The notes under the pieces were generated by a model that saw only the letters and a program-made list of their open reading frames with translations, did no database searches and had not been told where the DNA came from. A stretch of DNA of 64,000 nucleotides. It comes from Paraspadella gotoi (Eukaryota > Animalia > Chaetognatha). Shown here one piece after another: positions 63,881 to 64,000 of the stretch. The stretch's first letter is position 1. Every line of letters begins with the position of its first letter. The position numbers were made by a program, and so were the translations under genes. Where the stretch lies: contig CM119263.1 of assembly GCA_051294375.1 (NCBI GenBank), positions 3,249,232 through 3,313,231 of the forward strand, written 5' to 3'.

Positions 63881-64000
63881 TTATGGTTGTCTTAATCTTT
63901 AGCACCGCCACTGGAAATATAATTGCGGCCAATCTTAAGTTGTTCACTGATCAGTAAATGCATATTGCATAGTCTTATCTTTTGGCATTACCCTTTGGCC

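Overview
Eukaryotic (animal, probably invertebrate) intron-rich genomic DNA; there is no prokaryotic content, and the ORF track is mostly exon fragments or translated microsatellites. I reconstructed four spliced genes by hand. (1) A divergent 8-exon VDAC/porin-like gene (minus, 876-3169) with a probable GC-AG intron and an unusual ~80-aa C-terminal tail. (2) An 18-exon adducin (plus, 6785-15592). (3) A 4-exon antisense gene nested inside adducin intron 6 (minus, 8876-9786), encoding a ~222-aa, probably secreted, single-domain DUF4174/DUDES (CCDC80/SRPX-like) protein that the ORF track does not show as one unit. (4) A p190RhoGAP (ARHGAP35/ARHGAP5 family; minus, ~18316-36571) with three local frame defects that look like consensus errors. 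From ~35.3 to ~60.1 kb almost everything is present twice in inverted orientation around three arrays of a 34-bp satellite. One copy is extremely insertion-rich and there are 25-N gaps, which suggests long-read gap-filling or foldback artefact rather than biology. Fragments of two further unidentified genes lie at ~56.4-57.0 kb and ~62.0-63.6 kb. All homology calls come from motif recognition by eye; no searches were run.
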